Below the pieces are notes generated by a model, which was not told the origin of the DNA, did not search any database, and saw nothing but the letters and a program-made list of their open reading frames with translations. Shown piece after piece: positions 44,045 through 55,717 of a stretch of DNA of 64,000 nt. The translations under genes were made by a program, and so were the position numbers. Location of the stretch: the IMG/VR virus record IMGVR_UViG_3300049460_000128, positions 186,001-250,000 of that record; one strand, 5' to 3'. Each line of letters opens with the position of its first letter. Position 1 is the stretch's first letter.

Positions 44045-46063
44045 TTATGCCTGAATGTATTCGATAACCAGAACAGCCGCACCTGCTGCGGGACCACCTG
44101 TTACCGTTACAAGCAATTGTGTATCAGTTGCATAATTGGTACTTACGTTCATGTCATACAGCCCAACCGAAGTTTCATCAATCATGTTAGCATCAACCAA
44201 TTCATCAACTGCGCCAACACGACCAACGGTCAATTGTGCGCCAGCTGAGTAAGCGGTTGTTACCTTAACCATCACACGACGTACCAGACCCTTGATAACC
44301 TCACCAATGTTCATGGTTGCAGTCGACAATGTGATTTCGCGAGTTTGCAACGAACCAACCTTGTTTGCAACACCAGCATCACCAACAACCGAAGCCAACT
44401 GACTTACGTTGACTGCATCAGTTGGGGCAACACCATTCGCAACATTGACAATGGTAGTGCTATTGGCACTGATCTTACCAGCACCCTTAGGGGCCAGGAT
44501 CAGATCAATGTCTACTTCCGAACCACCAGTGCTGTATGTGAACGAGGTAGTACCGCTGATCAGTTTACCCTGGCTGGTAGAGCCAGTTGTCATTATGAAA
44601 TTGGTGTGTGTATTACCCGCACCAGTTTGAATAATAACGTCGCCTGAACCCAGAGTACCATTACCACCACGCAGGACCAGATCACCACCAACGGTGTCAG
44701 AGTCGCCACCGGCAACGATCAGGTTAGCATCTCTATCAGCAACGATTTCTGATGTTGAACCAGTTTCACCAATGATTACTTCGCCTAGTGGGCCCTTGGC
44801 ATTCAGACGCAGATTAACATTGTCTTCCAGACTATCAATCGAGAATGTAAACTCGCCGGCAGTCAAGTTGCTGAACACACCGCTCGTATCAGCATTTGGA
44901 CCTGATGCAAAGGTCGCAACACGAGTAGCTAGATCACTTACACCTTTCGCATCAATGGTAACAACACCAACAGATTCGTCAGTTGCAACCATGGAAGTTG
45001 GCGTAGTTTTGTTATCAACAATGCGAGTCGAGCTGAGGTTAGCGATGTCTGAAGCCAAAGCAATCAGTTCATCGGAAACCGTACCGGCATTGTAGGTTAC
45101 ATCACTAGCACTCAACTTAGCATTGATCCAAGCCGTACCATTGTATTTCAGTGCCTGACCGGTAACTGGCGAGGTGATTGTTACATCACTCAGGTCATCA
45201 ATACCATTCGTACCAAATGACAGATTAGTACCGTCACTCTTCAGAATTGTACCAGCAGCACCAACAGCCAGAGTACCCAATGGACCCGTGCCGTTACCAA
45301 TAATCAGTGCTTTGGGTGTGAATGTAGTGGCACCAGTACCGCCATGAGCAACATCAATCGTCGCGCCATTCCAGGTACCAGTGGTGATTGTACCCAGTGT
45401 AGTAATCGATGCTTGACCCAGATAAGTGGAATCAATATCAATACTATCGGCATTGACCAAGATACGACCATTGGTACCAACAACCTTGATTTCTTGACCA
45501 TTACGAACCAGACCATCACCCGCAACAATCAGACCAGCTGATGAGAACTGAGTGAAGTTCAGTGGGGTAGTGCCTACGACAATCGCATCGTCAGTGCTAA
45601 GTGTCCAACCGGTGTCATGGTTAGTCGTGCCTTGCTCCACAAACGTAAATGCGCTTGCGGTAAGGTTTGTACCGTTTGCGTCGCTGGAACGTACCCAGGC
45701 TGACACGGCAACAGTATAAATGCCGTTTTGTGTTGCGTCTGCTTGATCTTTAACCAGGACACGATCGCCTGCCGAAACCATAACATCGTCAATCAGTTGA
45801 CCGCCAGACAGAGTGATGGCAGCAGTAGTTGCAACTTTTACTGATTGTTTTACATCAAGACCTTGGACTCGGTCATCAACATATTTTCGTGTGGCAGCAT
45901 GATTATCATCAGTTGGTGCTGCGACTGAGACATTCGCGTAGCTTTGTTCGTTGGCTGTTCTGAAAGTGAAAGCATCACTTGCCTGAAACACTTTGGCGCC
46001 GCCTTTGCCAAATTGTAATTTAGTACCAACCCCAACTAAGCTGAAATTTTTAATATCGGCCAT
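44045..46063 (-). CDS. Virion fibre/structural protein
   Basis: YVDDRVQGLDVKQSVKVAT...GDRVLVKDQ fibre module, VAHGGTG, Gly/Thr-rich. Confidence 0.8.
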   Translation of the reverse strand: MADIKNFSLVGVGTKLQFGKGGAKVFQASDAFTFRTANEQSYANVSVAAPTDDNHAATRKYVDDRVQGLDVKQSVKVATTAAITLSGGQLIDDVMVSAGDRVLVKDQADATQNGIYTVAVSAWVRSSDANGTNLTASAFTFVEQGTTNHDTGWTLSTDDAIVVGTTPLNFTQFSSAGLIVAGDGLVRNGQEIKVVGTNGRILVNADSIDIDSTYLGQASITTLGTITTGTWNGATIDVAHGGTGATTFTPKALIIGNGTGPLGTLAVGAAGTILKSDGTNLSFGTNGIDDLSDVTITSPVTGQALKYNGTAWINAKLSASDVTYNAGTVSDELIALASDIANLSSTRIVDNKTTPTSMVATDESVGVVTIDAKGVSDLATRVATFASGPNADTSGVFSNLTAGEFTFSIDSLEDNVNLRLNAKGPLGEVIIGETGSTSEIVADRDANLIVAGGDSDTVGGDLVLRGGNGTLGSGDVIIQTGAGNTHTNFIMTTGSTSQGKLISGTTSFTYSTGGSEVDIDLILAPKGAGKISANSTTIVNVANGVAPTDAVNVSQLASVVGDAGVANKVGSLQTREITLSTATMNIGEVIKGLVRRVMVKVTTAYSAGAQLTVGRVGAVDELVDANMIDETSVGLYDMNVSTNYATDTQLLVTVTGGPAAGAAVLVIEYIQA

Positions 46064-46136
46064 ATAGGTTCTCCTGAGGAATGTACGGGTATTTATGCGT
46101 TCAAATGAACAAATGTGCGTACACTTAATTCAAAAA

Positions 46137-46160
46137 GTAAAGGGCACCGCAGTGCCCTTT
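46137..46160 (-). terminator. Terminator-like hairpin
   Basis: AAAGGGCAC-CGCA-GTGCCCTTT. Confidence 0.6.
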
Positions 46161-46184
46161 ATCATGTCTACCTACCAGTAAAAA

Positions 46185-48170
46185 TTACAGGTATTCAACA
46201 ACCACAGTACCTGCAACCGTACCAGCCGCAACGAAAATCTTCAGCGCGGTGTCAGTTGCGTAGATCTGGTTAACTTCAACCACGTACACGCCAGTGCCAG
46301 TCGAATCGACATCAGCGGTAGAAGCGAGTTGATTGTTAACAGTCAGAGTACCAACTTGTACGTCAGCATCGGTAGCGCCAGCAGCAGTGATGTACACTTT
46401 CACGCGGTGAACCATACCCTTCACGGTGCCCAGATCGACAACAGTTGCCGAACCAGTTGCAGTGAATGTGGCGTAAACGGCACGGCCAGCATTAGCAACA
46501 CCAGCAGAAATCTTGCTGTCGGTGTAAGCCTTGGAATCAACCAGAGCTTGGTCAGCCTTAGCAGTTGCATCTGCGGCAGCAGCATCGATTGCATCAGAGA
46601 TCTCGCCTTCCAGCAGAGTTACTTTGCCATCAACATACGCCAGCAGCGACGAATTCAGTGCAGTGTCAGCAGCCTTGTAAGCTGTGTCCATTGCCTTGAG
46701 AGCAACGTCAAGAGCGGTCAGGGAGCTAACAACCGAAGTAGCCGAATTCAGGTAGTTGGTACCTGTGAATGTGGCAAACGTACCGTCAGTGTTCAGACCA
46801 ACAGCGCCTTCAATTGCATCAACTTCATCTTGCAGGGCCGTGATCGAACCCGAACCCAGAGCAGCCAGTGCATCCGATACCGATTTGATCTGTGCATCCA
46901 ACAGGAAGTCCGCACCTTTCAGTGTGGTAGCGCTGTTGATGTAGTTCGAAGTGGTTTCAGCTACATAAGCACCAGCAGCCGACAGACCAGCACCTGCTTG
47001 CGTAGCATCCAGTTCACCCTGAACAGCAGTGATTGCAGCGCCACGAGCAGTAACTTCAGCCGACAGGTCAGTACGCAGAGCGGTGATTTCGGTAGTCAGA
47101 GCATCCGAAACCTTAACACCAGTTGCACTCATCGACAACGACGAACCATCCAGTTTCAGAGTCAGAGTCGAATCAGCACCAACTTCATCTGGTGTGAAGT
47201 GCAGACCACCAGTGCTCGATACTTGTACATCCAGACGGTTACCGTTTTTCAACAGACCCAGACCAGCAACGATCTGACCGGTACCAGTGAACTGGACCCA
47301 TGCAGTACCGTTGAATACCCAACCTTGTTGGTCAGCATCGTCAAACAGTGCCCAGCTTGTGCTTGGAGTTTGACCACCGTCAAAATCAGCACCGTCGAAG
47401 GTGTAGATCTTGTTGTCAGCGTCAACCAGAACGCGATCGCCAGCAACCGAAGTCAGGGCATCACGTGCAGCAATGTCAGCAACCTTAGCGGTTACTGGAG
47501 CTTGCCAGGTCAGACCACCAGCAACGGAGTCAACGTAGTTCTTGGTAGCAGCGCCGAGTGGCAGTGTAGGGTCAGCATTCAGAATCAATGCGCCAGTCAG
47601 TGTGCCACCAGTCAGGTTCAGTTTCAGTGCTTCAGCGGCAGTTGCACGAGCAACTTCAGCAGCCAGTGCATCGGATACGCCAGTTACAGCAGTTGCGCGG
47701 TCAGCGATTTCGCCGGTCAGAGCAGCACCGACAGCTTCCAGAGCTTCTTTGAACGAGGTCTTACCGAATGCAGCAGAACCAGCAGCGAACGCAACCAGAG
47801 TACCATCAGTACCCAGACCAACAGCGGTCTCGATAGCATTTACTTCAGTTTGCAGAGCAGTCGTGTTAGCGGCAGCTTGAGCAACAGCATCAGCAACAGC
47901 AGCGGTCAGCTGGCTGAAGTTGATTGCGTCACCATTTGCAGTACCATTTGCCACGTTAGTGACTTTGTTGGCACCCATGTCGATCGTTGCAGTAGCACCA
48001 ACGGTCAGACCTGCAATCGTTGCGTTACCCGCATTGATTGGAGCAGCGGCTGAGCCAGCTGCATTTTTGAAAGTGAAAACATTTGTGTCGTTGATCAGAC
48101 GTGGACCAGCTTTACCAAACTGAACGTCTGTTGCTACACCAACGAGACCAAAATTCTTAATATTAGCCAT
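46185..48170 (-). CDS. Virion fibre protein with Ala-rich coiled coils
   Basis: N- and C-termini paralogous to 44045..46063; repeated LDxALK-type heptads. Confidence 0.8.
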   Translation of the reverse strand: MANIKNFGLVGVATDVQFGKAGPRLINDTNVFTFKNAAGSAAAPINAGNATIAGLTVGATATIDMGANKVTNVANGTANGDAINFSQLTAAVADAVAQAAANTTALQTEVNAIETAVGLGTDGTLVAFAAGSAAFGKTSFKEALEAVGAALTGEIADRATAVTGVSDALAAEVARATAAEALKLNLTGGTLTGALILNADPTLPLGAATKNYVDSVAGGLTWQAPVTAKVADIAARDALTSVAGDRVLVDADNKIYTFDGADFDGGQTPSTSWALFDDADQQGWVFNGTAWVQFTGTGQIVAGLGLLKNGNRLDVQVSSTGGLHFTPDEVGADSTLTLKLDGSSLSMSATGVKVSDALTTEITALRTDLSAEVTARGAAITAVQGELDATQAGAGLSAAGAYVAETTSNYINSATTLKGADFLLDAQIKSVSDALAALGSGSITALQDEVDAIEGAVGLNTDGTFATFTGTNYLNSATSVVSSLTALDVALKAMDTAYKAADTALNSSLLAYVDGKVTLLEGEISDAIDAAAADATAKADQALVDSKAYTDSKISAGVANAGRAVYATFTATGSATVVDLGTVKGMVHRVKVYITAAGATDADVQVGTLTVNNQLASTADVDSTGTGVYVVEVNQIYATDTALKIFVAAGTVAGTVVVEYL

Positions 48171-48257
48171 CTTTAACTCCTTGTTATGATTTAAATCCCC
48201 GAGTGGGTTTTCGTGGATATTTATATGAACCTAGGCGCCAATTTAACTCTGTGTTAA

Positions 48258-50252
48258 TCACAGATATGAAACAATGACTTTCGCCGCGCCTGTTGATGAA
48301 CCAGCGGAGTCAAGATGTACAAATAATTCACCATCCTCATCACCTTCGTAGATGTAAGTGGTGTTGGCTTCGTACGAACCAATGTTTGAAAGATCAGTAT
48401 TGTCGCTAGTGATAACCTCGTCTGGGGTTGAGGCTGTACCAACACTGATAGTTGCTTGTGAGTTGAATGGAGTAGTCACCACAACAGTCACGTTCACGAT
48501 TCGAGTACCTGACGAGACATTACCCAAAGAGACGACTGCCGAGTCTTTGGTGACGTCTACCGTCATTGTGCTGGCATCGGTCTTCGCTGAATCGTAGTTG
48601 GCAATCATGGTCCAAGTTGCACCAGTGCGAACATAGAGTTCCCATTCACCAGTCGTATTGCCATTTTGAACATAGACTTGATCACCAGAACGTGGGCTCG
48701 CGATTGCATTCAAGGCTGTGAGATTTGCAACAATCTGCCCGCTGCTGGTAGCAGTCATAGTTTTGTCCACAACCAAAGCCAAAGGCAACGAGCCGTTTGC
48801 GGCACTTTGAATGCCCGCGTCAATAGTGAATTGACCTGAAACATCCGTAACTGTGATTGCTCCGCCATCTGCGCGAATCAATTTCAAACGAGTTGTCGCC
48901 GCTGCTGGATTATTTTCCGGCACACCCAACATATCCGTGACCGTCTTGTCCTCGCCTGAAGTGGTTGTAGGTGTGACGTTTACGAAGTTGATATCAAGTC
49001 CTTCTGATTGCGTAAAGACAACAAAACCGGTATTGGAATCAAATGATGCATAGACGCCATGGATTGCAGTTTGCTCATTAACCGATCGAATAACATCCCA
49101 CCAACCAACTTGCCCAGAAGTACCAAAACTGATACTAGGGAGTGATACAATGGTTGATACTCCATTGATAGTGAATTGCATATTAGTGGTAGGAGTCGAT
49201 GTTGGATACGCTACTGTACCAGATACGATAGTGCTTGGCGACCCCATAGATGCCGTGACACCATGATTTGCCGTTGTCGAATTGATGGCAGATATGATGC
49301 TTGACGCATCAACCGTTGTATCACCTACAAAAGGAATTACATGATTATTCAGCTTAATGATGTTGCCAGGATATGTAACGGGCGTGTCAATTGATCCAAC
49401 CGTAAATGCTTTAACAGCATTGGTCATCTTGATGTAAAGGGCATTATTTCCACCTGTAATCACAGCACGGTCCCCGGTCACAGGATCAATGCCCAAAAGG
49501 TCACCTGCCACACCTGGTAGTCCAGGTTCAAGATCATCAATGATCTTTGTGCTTGGCGACAGATAAAAATAATGCGGCCCTGGTCCTACTGCCAATACGG
49601 TACCGGCAATGTAGATGTCGTCACTTGTAGCATTGACGAATTTACCCGTGACGTTGTCAATACGTACCACTTGCCCTTCAGCAAATCCATGATTCAATTG
49701 GAAGAAACGGTTCTCTACAGTTGGATTGAACACACGAAAACGCGATTCAATTTGACTGGTGATCGTCAAGTCGATACCAACTGGTAATGGATTCAACACT
49801 GGCAACCCGTCATCGCCAAGTTCAAAAAATACCAAATTATTATTGGAAGCAAATGCTCCAGTACCTGTCTGTGATGCATCAGCGAACGTGTTATAACGAT
49901 CGACGTCTTCAACGATGCATTGGATTGACGTATCACTAAGGCTAATTATTGATACAATACGCACGGCCCGTGGCTCTGTGACGGAAAACACCCACATTCC
50001 AGGTGTGATGTCCAAGCCCGTGTATGTATTTGGCACACGAGTCAGGTGACTGCTGTGTGCTGCTGAAAAAACATCGGCCGTTAAAATCCAACGAACTGGA
50101 GCACCGATTACGCCTTGCCACCATTGATCACCAAAGCCATCGTCATACAGCCAACTCTCCAAACCCACAATAGTTTGCCCATAGCCAGTAATGACCTTGC
50201 TGGGCAAATATTTGCGAATTGAGCTACTTGTTAAATTATTCTGAATTGCCAT
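48258..50252 (-). CDS. Virion structural protein
   Basis: C-terminal ~80 aa shared with the two downstream fibre genes. Confidence 0.72.
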   Translation of the reverse strand: MAIQNNLTSSSIRKYLPSKVITGYGQTIVGLESWLYDDGFGDQWWQGVIGAPVRWILTADVFSAAHSSHLTRVPNTYTGLDITPGMWVFSVTEPRAVRIVSIISLSDTSIQCIVEDVDRYNTFADASQTGTGAFASNNNLVFFELGDDGLPVLNPLPVGIDLTITSQIESRFRVFNPTVENRFFQLNHGFAEGQVVRIDNVTGKFVNATSDDIYIAGTVLAVGPGPHYFYLSPSTKIIDDLEPGLPGVAGDLLGIDPVTGDRAVITGGNNALYIKMTNAVKAFTVGSIDTPVTYPGNIIKLNNHVIPFVGDTTVDASSIISAINSTTANHGVTASMGSPSTIVSGTVAYPTSTPTTNMQFTINGVSTIVSLPSISFGTSGQVGWWDVIRSVNEQTAIHGVYASFDSNTGFVVFTQSEGLDINFVNVTPTTTSGEDKTVTDMLGVPENNPAAATTRLKLIRADGGAITVTDVSGQFTIDAGIQSAANGSLPLALVVDKTMTATSSGQIVANLTALNAIASPRSGDQVYVQNGNTTGEWELYVRTGATWTMIANYDSAKTDASTMTVDVTKDSAVVSLGNVSSGTRIVNVTVVVTTPFNSQATISVGTASTPDEVITSDNTDLSNIGSYEANTTYIYEGDEDGELFVHLDSAGSSTGAAKVIVSYL

Positions 50253-50953
50253 TAGAAGGTCACCACAATTTGAACAAAACCGTTGGCAATGGTCGCCATT
50301 GTTGAGACCAATTGATACTGGAAAGTTGTGGTGTTCAAGGCCGTCGTACCAGAGGTCGCCATCTTGACAACACCGGTTGCGGCTGTATTACCACCTGAAA
50401 CATAGACATAGAGTGGATTAGAAGTTGACGTAGTACCAACCCAGAAATTGACTGATTTTGGTGGACGACCAACGTTGTGCGTAATGGTCGTAACGCCACT
50501 AGCAACGGATACAGACCAACCAGATGGCAAATTAGTTGTCAGCGTGGTTGCGGCATCAGCACCATTGGTTGTAGTATTACCGGCATTCATTTGGGAAGTG
50601 AAAATAAACACACCTGGGGCGATACTGTTCGCAGGATTGGCACCACCGCCACCTGATGCTGCATCGAGCGTAACGGTGGTACCGTTGTCAGTAACAGTCA
50701 TGTTGGTGCCAGCAACCAGCTTCTTGAATTCGAAATTACTACCAGTCTTTTGATTGAACACACCCACGCCAGTTGCACCAACGTTCGATGCCGTTTCAGC
50801 ACCAATTTCAACAATGGAATCAGAGCCATTATTCTTCTTCATGAACAGCTTACCATCATTGGTATTCATTGCCAACTCACCCAATGCCAAGTCGGTTGTC
50901 AGTGGAATCTTTGATGCTACCGCGCTACGTTTAATCTTAATCACTTGTGCCAT
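50252..50953 (-). CDS. Fibre protein with Mtd-N-like N-terminal domain
   Basis: IKIKRS...GELAMNTNDGKLF. Confidence 0.72.
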   Translation of the reverse strand: MAQVIKIKRSAVASKIPLTTDLALGELAMNTNDGKLFMKKNNGSDSIVEIGAETASNVGATGVGVFNQKTGSNFEFKKLVAGTNMTVTDNGTTVTLDAASGGGGANPANSIAPGVFIFTSQMNAGNTTTNGADAATTLTTNLPSGWSVSVASGVTTITHNVGRPPKSVNFWVGTTSTSNPLYVYVSGGNTAATGVVKMATSGTTALNTTTFQYQLVSTMATIANGFVQIVVTF

Positions 50954-50969
50954 ATGGCCTCCAGAAGGT

Positions 50970-50996
50970 AAAAAGGGGAGCTATATAGCTCCCCTG
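50970..50996 (-). terminator. Rho-independent terminator
   Basis: AGGGGAGC-TATATA-GCTCCCCT-TTTT. Confidence 0.75.
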
Positions 50997-51022
50997 TGGT
51001 TCAACTATATGTTCCTATTTAC

Positions 51023-52312
51023 TTAGAACGAGCCGCCATCCAAATCAGCAGCAGTCAAGTAACCAGCATCATTGGTGAATGCACTAACGACGGTTGGAGC
51101 CGTGTACGAAATTACACCCGTTGATGTGTTGTATGCCAGCGAACCAGTTACCGATATTGCTGCACGAGCGTTCGTGTCAGTGTAAGCAGCTGGGATGGTT
51201 GGTTTGTTGGTCAAGTCAGTGTAGCTGCCCGATGTAGCTACAGTTGCCAGACCAGTGATCTTGGCAGTTGACAAAGTACCACCGATCGAACCCAAGCTCA
51301 AGTTTGCCTGGTTAACGTCAACCGAGATCGAACCACTCGAAGTGATTGGCGAACCTGAGACAGTGATCGTACCGCTCGACGACAGAGCAACACTAGTAAC
51401 CGTACCAGTACCACCACCAGTAGCCAATGCGGACAGATCCAAGATACCAGTTGTCGAATTGTAGGTAGCACCTGACGAGCCAGCAGTCAAGCTGATGGCT
51501 GCACGAGCCAAGGCGTCAGTGTATTGAGTTGGGATTACTGGTTTGTTGATCAGGTCAGTGTATGAACCCGTAGTAGCGACTGTGGTCAGAGCTGGTTTAC
51601 CAGTCAACGATGCATAAGCGCCATCGAACAGTGTTGGTTTGTTGGTCAAGTCAGCATACGAACCTGATGTTGCAACGGTTGCATATGTTGGTTTGCCAGT
51701 CAATGACGCATACGTGCCATCGAATGTTGGCGTACCTGACAGATCGGAGTAAGCACCCGAGAAAGCGACCGTTGCCAGTGCCGAGGTGTTTGCCTTCAGG
51801 GCAATGCTGTTGGTAACAGTGGTTGCAAAGTTTGCATCAGCACCCAGAGCATCCGACAGTTCTTTCAGGGTATCCAGTGTGCCTGGTGCGCCGTTGACCA
51901 AAGAAGCAACCTTGGTATCAACATACGACGTTGAAGCAGCACCAGAGATGTCACTGGTGGTCAGTACAACGGCGCCAGTACGACCGGCGACGGAAGTAAC
52001 AGCACCACCGGCGCCCAGTACAGCGGCGTCCAATTGACCTTTGGTGATTGCATGACTAGCCGCTGTACCATCTGGAATGGTTACTGCGGCTGTGAATGTT
52101 TTTGCACCCGTGATAGTATCATCACCGGTGATCGACACCATTGCTTTACCACCGATTGCTTCAATTGTAGTTGCAGAACCACCAGCGCCACCAGTACCTT
52201 TACCGTAGTACAGGACGCCATCAACTTCATTGAATGCCAATTCGGCATTTTGCAGGGATGCTGGAGCGCCAGCTGCACCGCTTGTACGGCGTTTAATACG
52301 AATAACTGACAT
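51023..52312 (-). CDS. Fibre protein with ATVAxSGxYxDLxxKP repeats
   Basis: IRIKRR...ELAFNEVDG N-terminus; repeats; ends DGGSF. Confidence 0.78.
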   Translation of the reverse strand: MSVIRIKRRTSGAAGAPASLQNAELAFNEVDGVLYYGKGTGGAGGSATTIEAIGGKAMVSITGDDTITGAKTFTAAVTIPDGTAASHAITKGQLDAAVLGAGGAVTSVAGRTGAVVLTTSDISGAASTSYVDTKVASLVNGAPGTLDTLKELSDALGADANFATTVTNSIALKANTSALATVAFSGAYSDLSGTPTFDGTYASLTGKPTYATVATSGSYADLTNKPTLFDGAYASLTGKPALTTVATTGSYTDLINKPVIPTQYTDALARAAISLTAGSSGATYNSTTGILDLSALATGGGTGTVTSVALSSSGTITVSGSPITSSGSISVDVNQANLSLGSIGGTLSTAKITGLATVATSGSYTDLTNKPTIPAAYTDTNARAAISVTGSLAYNTSTGVISYTAPTVVSAFTNDAGYLTAADLDGGSF

Positions 52313-52403
52313 ATGAATATTCCTTCAAAAAGCGACGAACATTTCCGAGGTTGGTCGCTGGAGTTAAGTATTGTTATTTAGTCGAGATATTGATTTATCT
52401 CGA

Positions 52404-54533
52404 TTAGAAGTTACCGCCGTCTGTCAAATCTGAAACAATCATTGTGGTGTTCCATTTTTGTGCTTCAGCATCCCAAACCAAAATAGATTGATCTGTTAAA
52501 CCTGCAATCACTACATCGTCCAAACCATTCAGGAAGGTCGCCCCTGGCAAGCCATCAGCGCCAGCTGGGCCTTGTTCGCCCTGTGGACCTTGTTCACCCG
52601 GCAAGCCCTGTGGACCGATTGGACCTTGAATACCCTGTTCGCCTTGCGCACCATCAGTACCGTCTACACCGGCTGGACCAATTGGGCCAATTTCGCCAGG
52701 AACGCCTTGTGGGCCCTGAATACCCTGGTTACCAGTGTCACCCTTGTCGCCTTTAGGGCCGGTTGACGAAGTCCAGTTATAGTTGGTACCATCCCAGTGC
52801 AGATACGTATCAGCTACTGATGGAGTCGCGACTGTGGACAGATTGCCCGTGCCGTTACCAACGATCAGAGAGTTCGAGGCAAATGCCGTTACACCAGTAC
52901 CACCGTGTGCAACATTCAATGTACCACTCAGGTTGTTCAAGGTCAGGTTCGATTCAACCAGATCAATAACGAATGAACCGTTTGATGTGATTGGGCTGCC
53001 AGTTACTGACAACTTGTTCGAACCAGAAGTCAATGCCACACTTGTTACCGTGCCAGTACCGCTAGATGCCAATGCCCAAGTAAAGGCTGTGCCATCCCAT
53101 TTCAGAACACTATTGGCCAATGTCGGAGCAGCAATGAAGTTCACTGCGCTTGTACCATTACCAACCAGGATGCCATTTACGGTATGAATCGTACGACCAG
53201 TACCACCCTTTGTTGTGCTCAACGAACCACCCAGGTTGTTCAAAGTCAGTGCTGACTCATTGACGTCGAAGTCAAATGTGCCGCTGCTTGTGATGGTGCC
53301 ACCGTTTACAATGATCTTGGAACTCAATGCGTTAGCGGTGATGCTAGTAACCGAACCCAAGCCAACTGCTGGTTTGTTCGTCAGGTCGTTGAACGAACCC
53401 GAGAATGCAACCGTGGCAAATGTTGGTTTGCCCACGATATCGTTGTACTGACCAGTCGTTGCAACCGTGGACAAATCAGCGAGATCGGAAGCCGACAGAG
53501 TTGCGTATTCCAAGCCGGATGCAGAGCTGTTGACACGCATGACTTGCTTGGCCGAACCGATAGTCGTCAGACCCGTACCGCCCTTAGCTGTTGGTAATAC
53601 ACCGCCAATGTTAGCGTGGTTCAAGTTTGATTCAACGATGTCTACCGTGAAGGTGCCAGTCGAAGTAACTGGGGAACCAGTCACAGTGACTTTGTTGGAT
53701 GCAGCCGACAAGCCAACACTCGTAACCGTACCCAGAGTACGCCATACAAATGCCGAACCATTCCACATGATGGTTTGATTTGCCGCAGTCGGTGCGACAG
53801 TTGAGGTCAATGCAGAGCTACCACCAACCATCAGACCATTGGTCGTGAAGGTCGTTGCGCCAGTACCGCCTTTGCTAACTGCCAGATTACCAGACAGGTT
53901 ATTAATTGCGATGTTGGATTCAACCACATCCAAGGTCACAGTGCCCGTCGAAGTAACGGTACCATTGACAATGCTCAGACGTGACGAATTGGCTTGCAGT
54001 GTGATGCTCGTAACACCGCCGCTACCGCTACCGTTACCGTTACCATTATCAGCTGGGACGATCCATTCATAGTCCATACCATTCCAGGTAAGAACTGCGC
54101 CTAAGTCTGAAGGAACTGCGATTGACTGAATAGCAGCAGCACCGTTACCCAACAACAGAGCATGGACGGGCAAGCCGTCTGCACCTGCACCAGTACCACC
54201 TTTCTGCACATTCAGGATACCTTGAAGTTCGTTCAAGGTCGTGGAAATTGCACCAGTTGCCGTCAGTGTAAGGGTCTCTGCATCACCTTCGATAGAGATA
54301 CCATCACCAGCTACAATTGAGCGGAATTGAAGCTTTACGTCGTGTTGGCCGTTTGAACCCGCATAGATGCCGTTGCCGATACCCAGGTTGTCACCCAACA
54401 CCGATGAGACTGTATTTGTTGCTGAATCACCAGCAGTATCCGATGATGTAGATGGGCCTGTAGTTGGGCCCGCATCAACCGGAGTATTATAGATCGGTTT
54501 ACCGTCAGTACCGATGCCGTATTGTTGTGACAT
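52404..54533 (-). CDS. Fibre protein with VTSV/GGTG repeats and a collagen-like segment
   Basis: Five GVTSI/VTSV...KGGTG-type modules; about 25 Gly-X-Y triplets; ends DGGNF. Confidence 0.82.
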   Translation of the reverse strand: MSQQYGIGTDGKPIYNTPVDAGPTTGPSTSSDTAGDSATNTVSSVLGDNLGIGNGIYAGSNGQHDVKLQFRSIVAGDGISIEGDAETLTLTATGAISTTLNELQGILNVQKGGTGAGADGLPVHALLLGNGAAAIQSIAVPSDLGAVLTWNGMDYEWIVPADNGNGNGSGSGGVTSITLQANSSRLSIVNGTVTSTGTVTLDVVESNIAINNLSGNLAVSKGGTGATTFTTNGLMVGGSSALTSTVAPTAANQTIMWNGSAFVWRTLGTVTSVGLSAASNKVTVTGSPVTSTGTFTVDIVESNLNHANIGGVLPTAKGGTGLTTIGSAKQVMRVNSSASGLEYATLSASDLADLSTVATTGQYNDIVGKPTFATVAFSGSFNDLTNKPAVGLGSVTSITANALSSKIIVNGGTITSSGTFDFDVNESALTLNNLGGSLSTTKGGTGRTIHTVNGILVGNGTSAVNFIAAPTLANSVLKWDGTAFTWALASSGTGTVTSVALTSGSNKLSVTGSPITSNGSFVIDLVESNLTLNNLSGTLNVAHGGTGVTAFASNSLIVGNGTGNLSTVATPSVADTYLHWDGTNYNWTSSTGPKGDKGDTGNQGIQGPQGVPGEIGPIGPAGVDGTDGAQGEQGIQGPIGPQGLPGEQGPQGEQGPAGADGLPGATFLNGLDDVVIAGLTDQSILVWDAEAQKWNTTMIVSDLTDGGNF

Positions 54534-54553
54534 ACAAATTCTCCAGAAATATC

Positions 54554-54988
54554 TTAATTATTAATTAGCACTCGGTCAACCTGACCAAGGAGGCCCGCCA
54601 GTACATTTGCTTCTGTTCCAGGAATGGACAGATCACGATCTACTCGCACGCGGATCCATGTAAAATTTCCAATTATGTTCATGCCAACCGTACCAGTATC
54701 ACCCGTAATACCAGTAGGGTTTACGGGATCTTTAGGATAATTCAAAGAAGGACTGCCCTGAATGATGATCGGAAACCAATCAAATTCTGTCGGATCGTTG
54801 GCAATACTGGCTTCAAACCAAACACGCCCAGTAAAATTCAACAGGTAGATGGATACAGTATGGAGACCATCCGTATAGCCATACCAACCATCAGCACGAA
54901 TTTTATCACCCGTGACCGCTAGCTGACCCATAGTATTACTTAACATTACGATGCTAGTTTTGCTCATGATAGATCCTTGGATTTTCAT
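54554..54988 (-). CDS. Hypothetical beta-rich protein (likely start 54967)
   Basis: In the fibre gene block; TAAATA upstream. Confidence 0.65.
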   Translation of the reverse strand: MKIQGSIMSKTSIVMLSNTMGQLAVTGDKIRADGWYGYTDGLHTVSIYLLNFTGRVWFEASIANDPTEFDWFPIIIQGSPSLNYPKDPVNPTGITGDTGTVGMNIIGNFTWIRVRVDRDLSIPGTEANVLAGLLGQVDRVLINN

Positions 54989-55033
54989 CTATTTATTATT
55001 TGAGGACCAGAATTAAAGCAGTATCATCCACTC

Positions 55034-55717
55034 ATGACCTCATTACACACATTCGCAGCATGGCGCAATGATCCCATTTGCAAATCATTTGAATATCTGG
55101 ACACCCTGCTGGATGGACTCAACTATGTGATTGCTGGTGGCTCGGTTAGAAAATTATTCCTGCACGAGCCCATTGAAGACTCAGACATTGATGTCTGGTT
55201 TTATGACGAAGAGTCGTTGACTACAGCTAAGAATCGCCTGATGGATATCATGCGCCCAAATATCCATCACAATGTCAATCTACCGTGGAGTAAGCCATTC
55301 TTCAATACGTTTAGCCTGTGTTCACATTCAGAATTTGGCTATACGCTCGTGTATGAAGATGTAATTGGTTTGACTACGGGAACAACAGTTCAATTGCTAC
55401 GCAAGCAATCAACCAATAATGGCATTGACGGTGTGATTGGAGTCTTCGACTATACGATCTGCCAGTTTGGATACTCGAAAGGAACGATCTATGCTACACA
55501 GGCAGCGATGGCTGATCATCAGGCAGGCATACTACGCCTCAATGAAAAATACGATCCCAAGGTCTGCTATGACCGCGCCTTGAAGTATATTGGGAAGGGT
55601 TATACGCCAACAAGAGACCTGTTCGACAAACTGTTTCTGCATGACCGTCAAACTTTGACGCACAGCTCAATCGATATTGAAAATTTGAACTATACGGATA
55701 TATTCAAACGTGTCTAA
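55034..55717 (+). CDS. Nucleotidyltransferase (Pol-beta superfamily)
   Basis: IAGGSVR...DSDIDVW, FDYTICQFG. Confidence 0.78.
   Translation: MTSLHTFAAWRNDPICKSFEYLDTLLDGLNYVIAGGSVRKLFLHEPIEDSDIDVWFYDEESLTTAKNRLMDIMRPNIHHNVNLPWSKPFFNTFSLCSHSEFGYTLVYEDVIGLTTGTTVQLLRKQSTNNGIDGVIGVFDYTICQFGYSKGTIYATQAAMADHQAGILRLNEKYDPKVCYDRALKYIGKGYTPTRDLFDKLFLHDRQTLTHSSIDIENLNYTDIFKRV

Noticed and set aside
46329-48053. 574-aa plus-strand ORF
   Set aside because: Antisense shadow of the Ala/Thr-rich fibre gene; Ser/Gln/Cys-rich composition with no motif.
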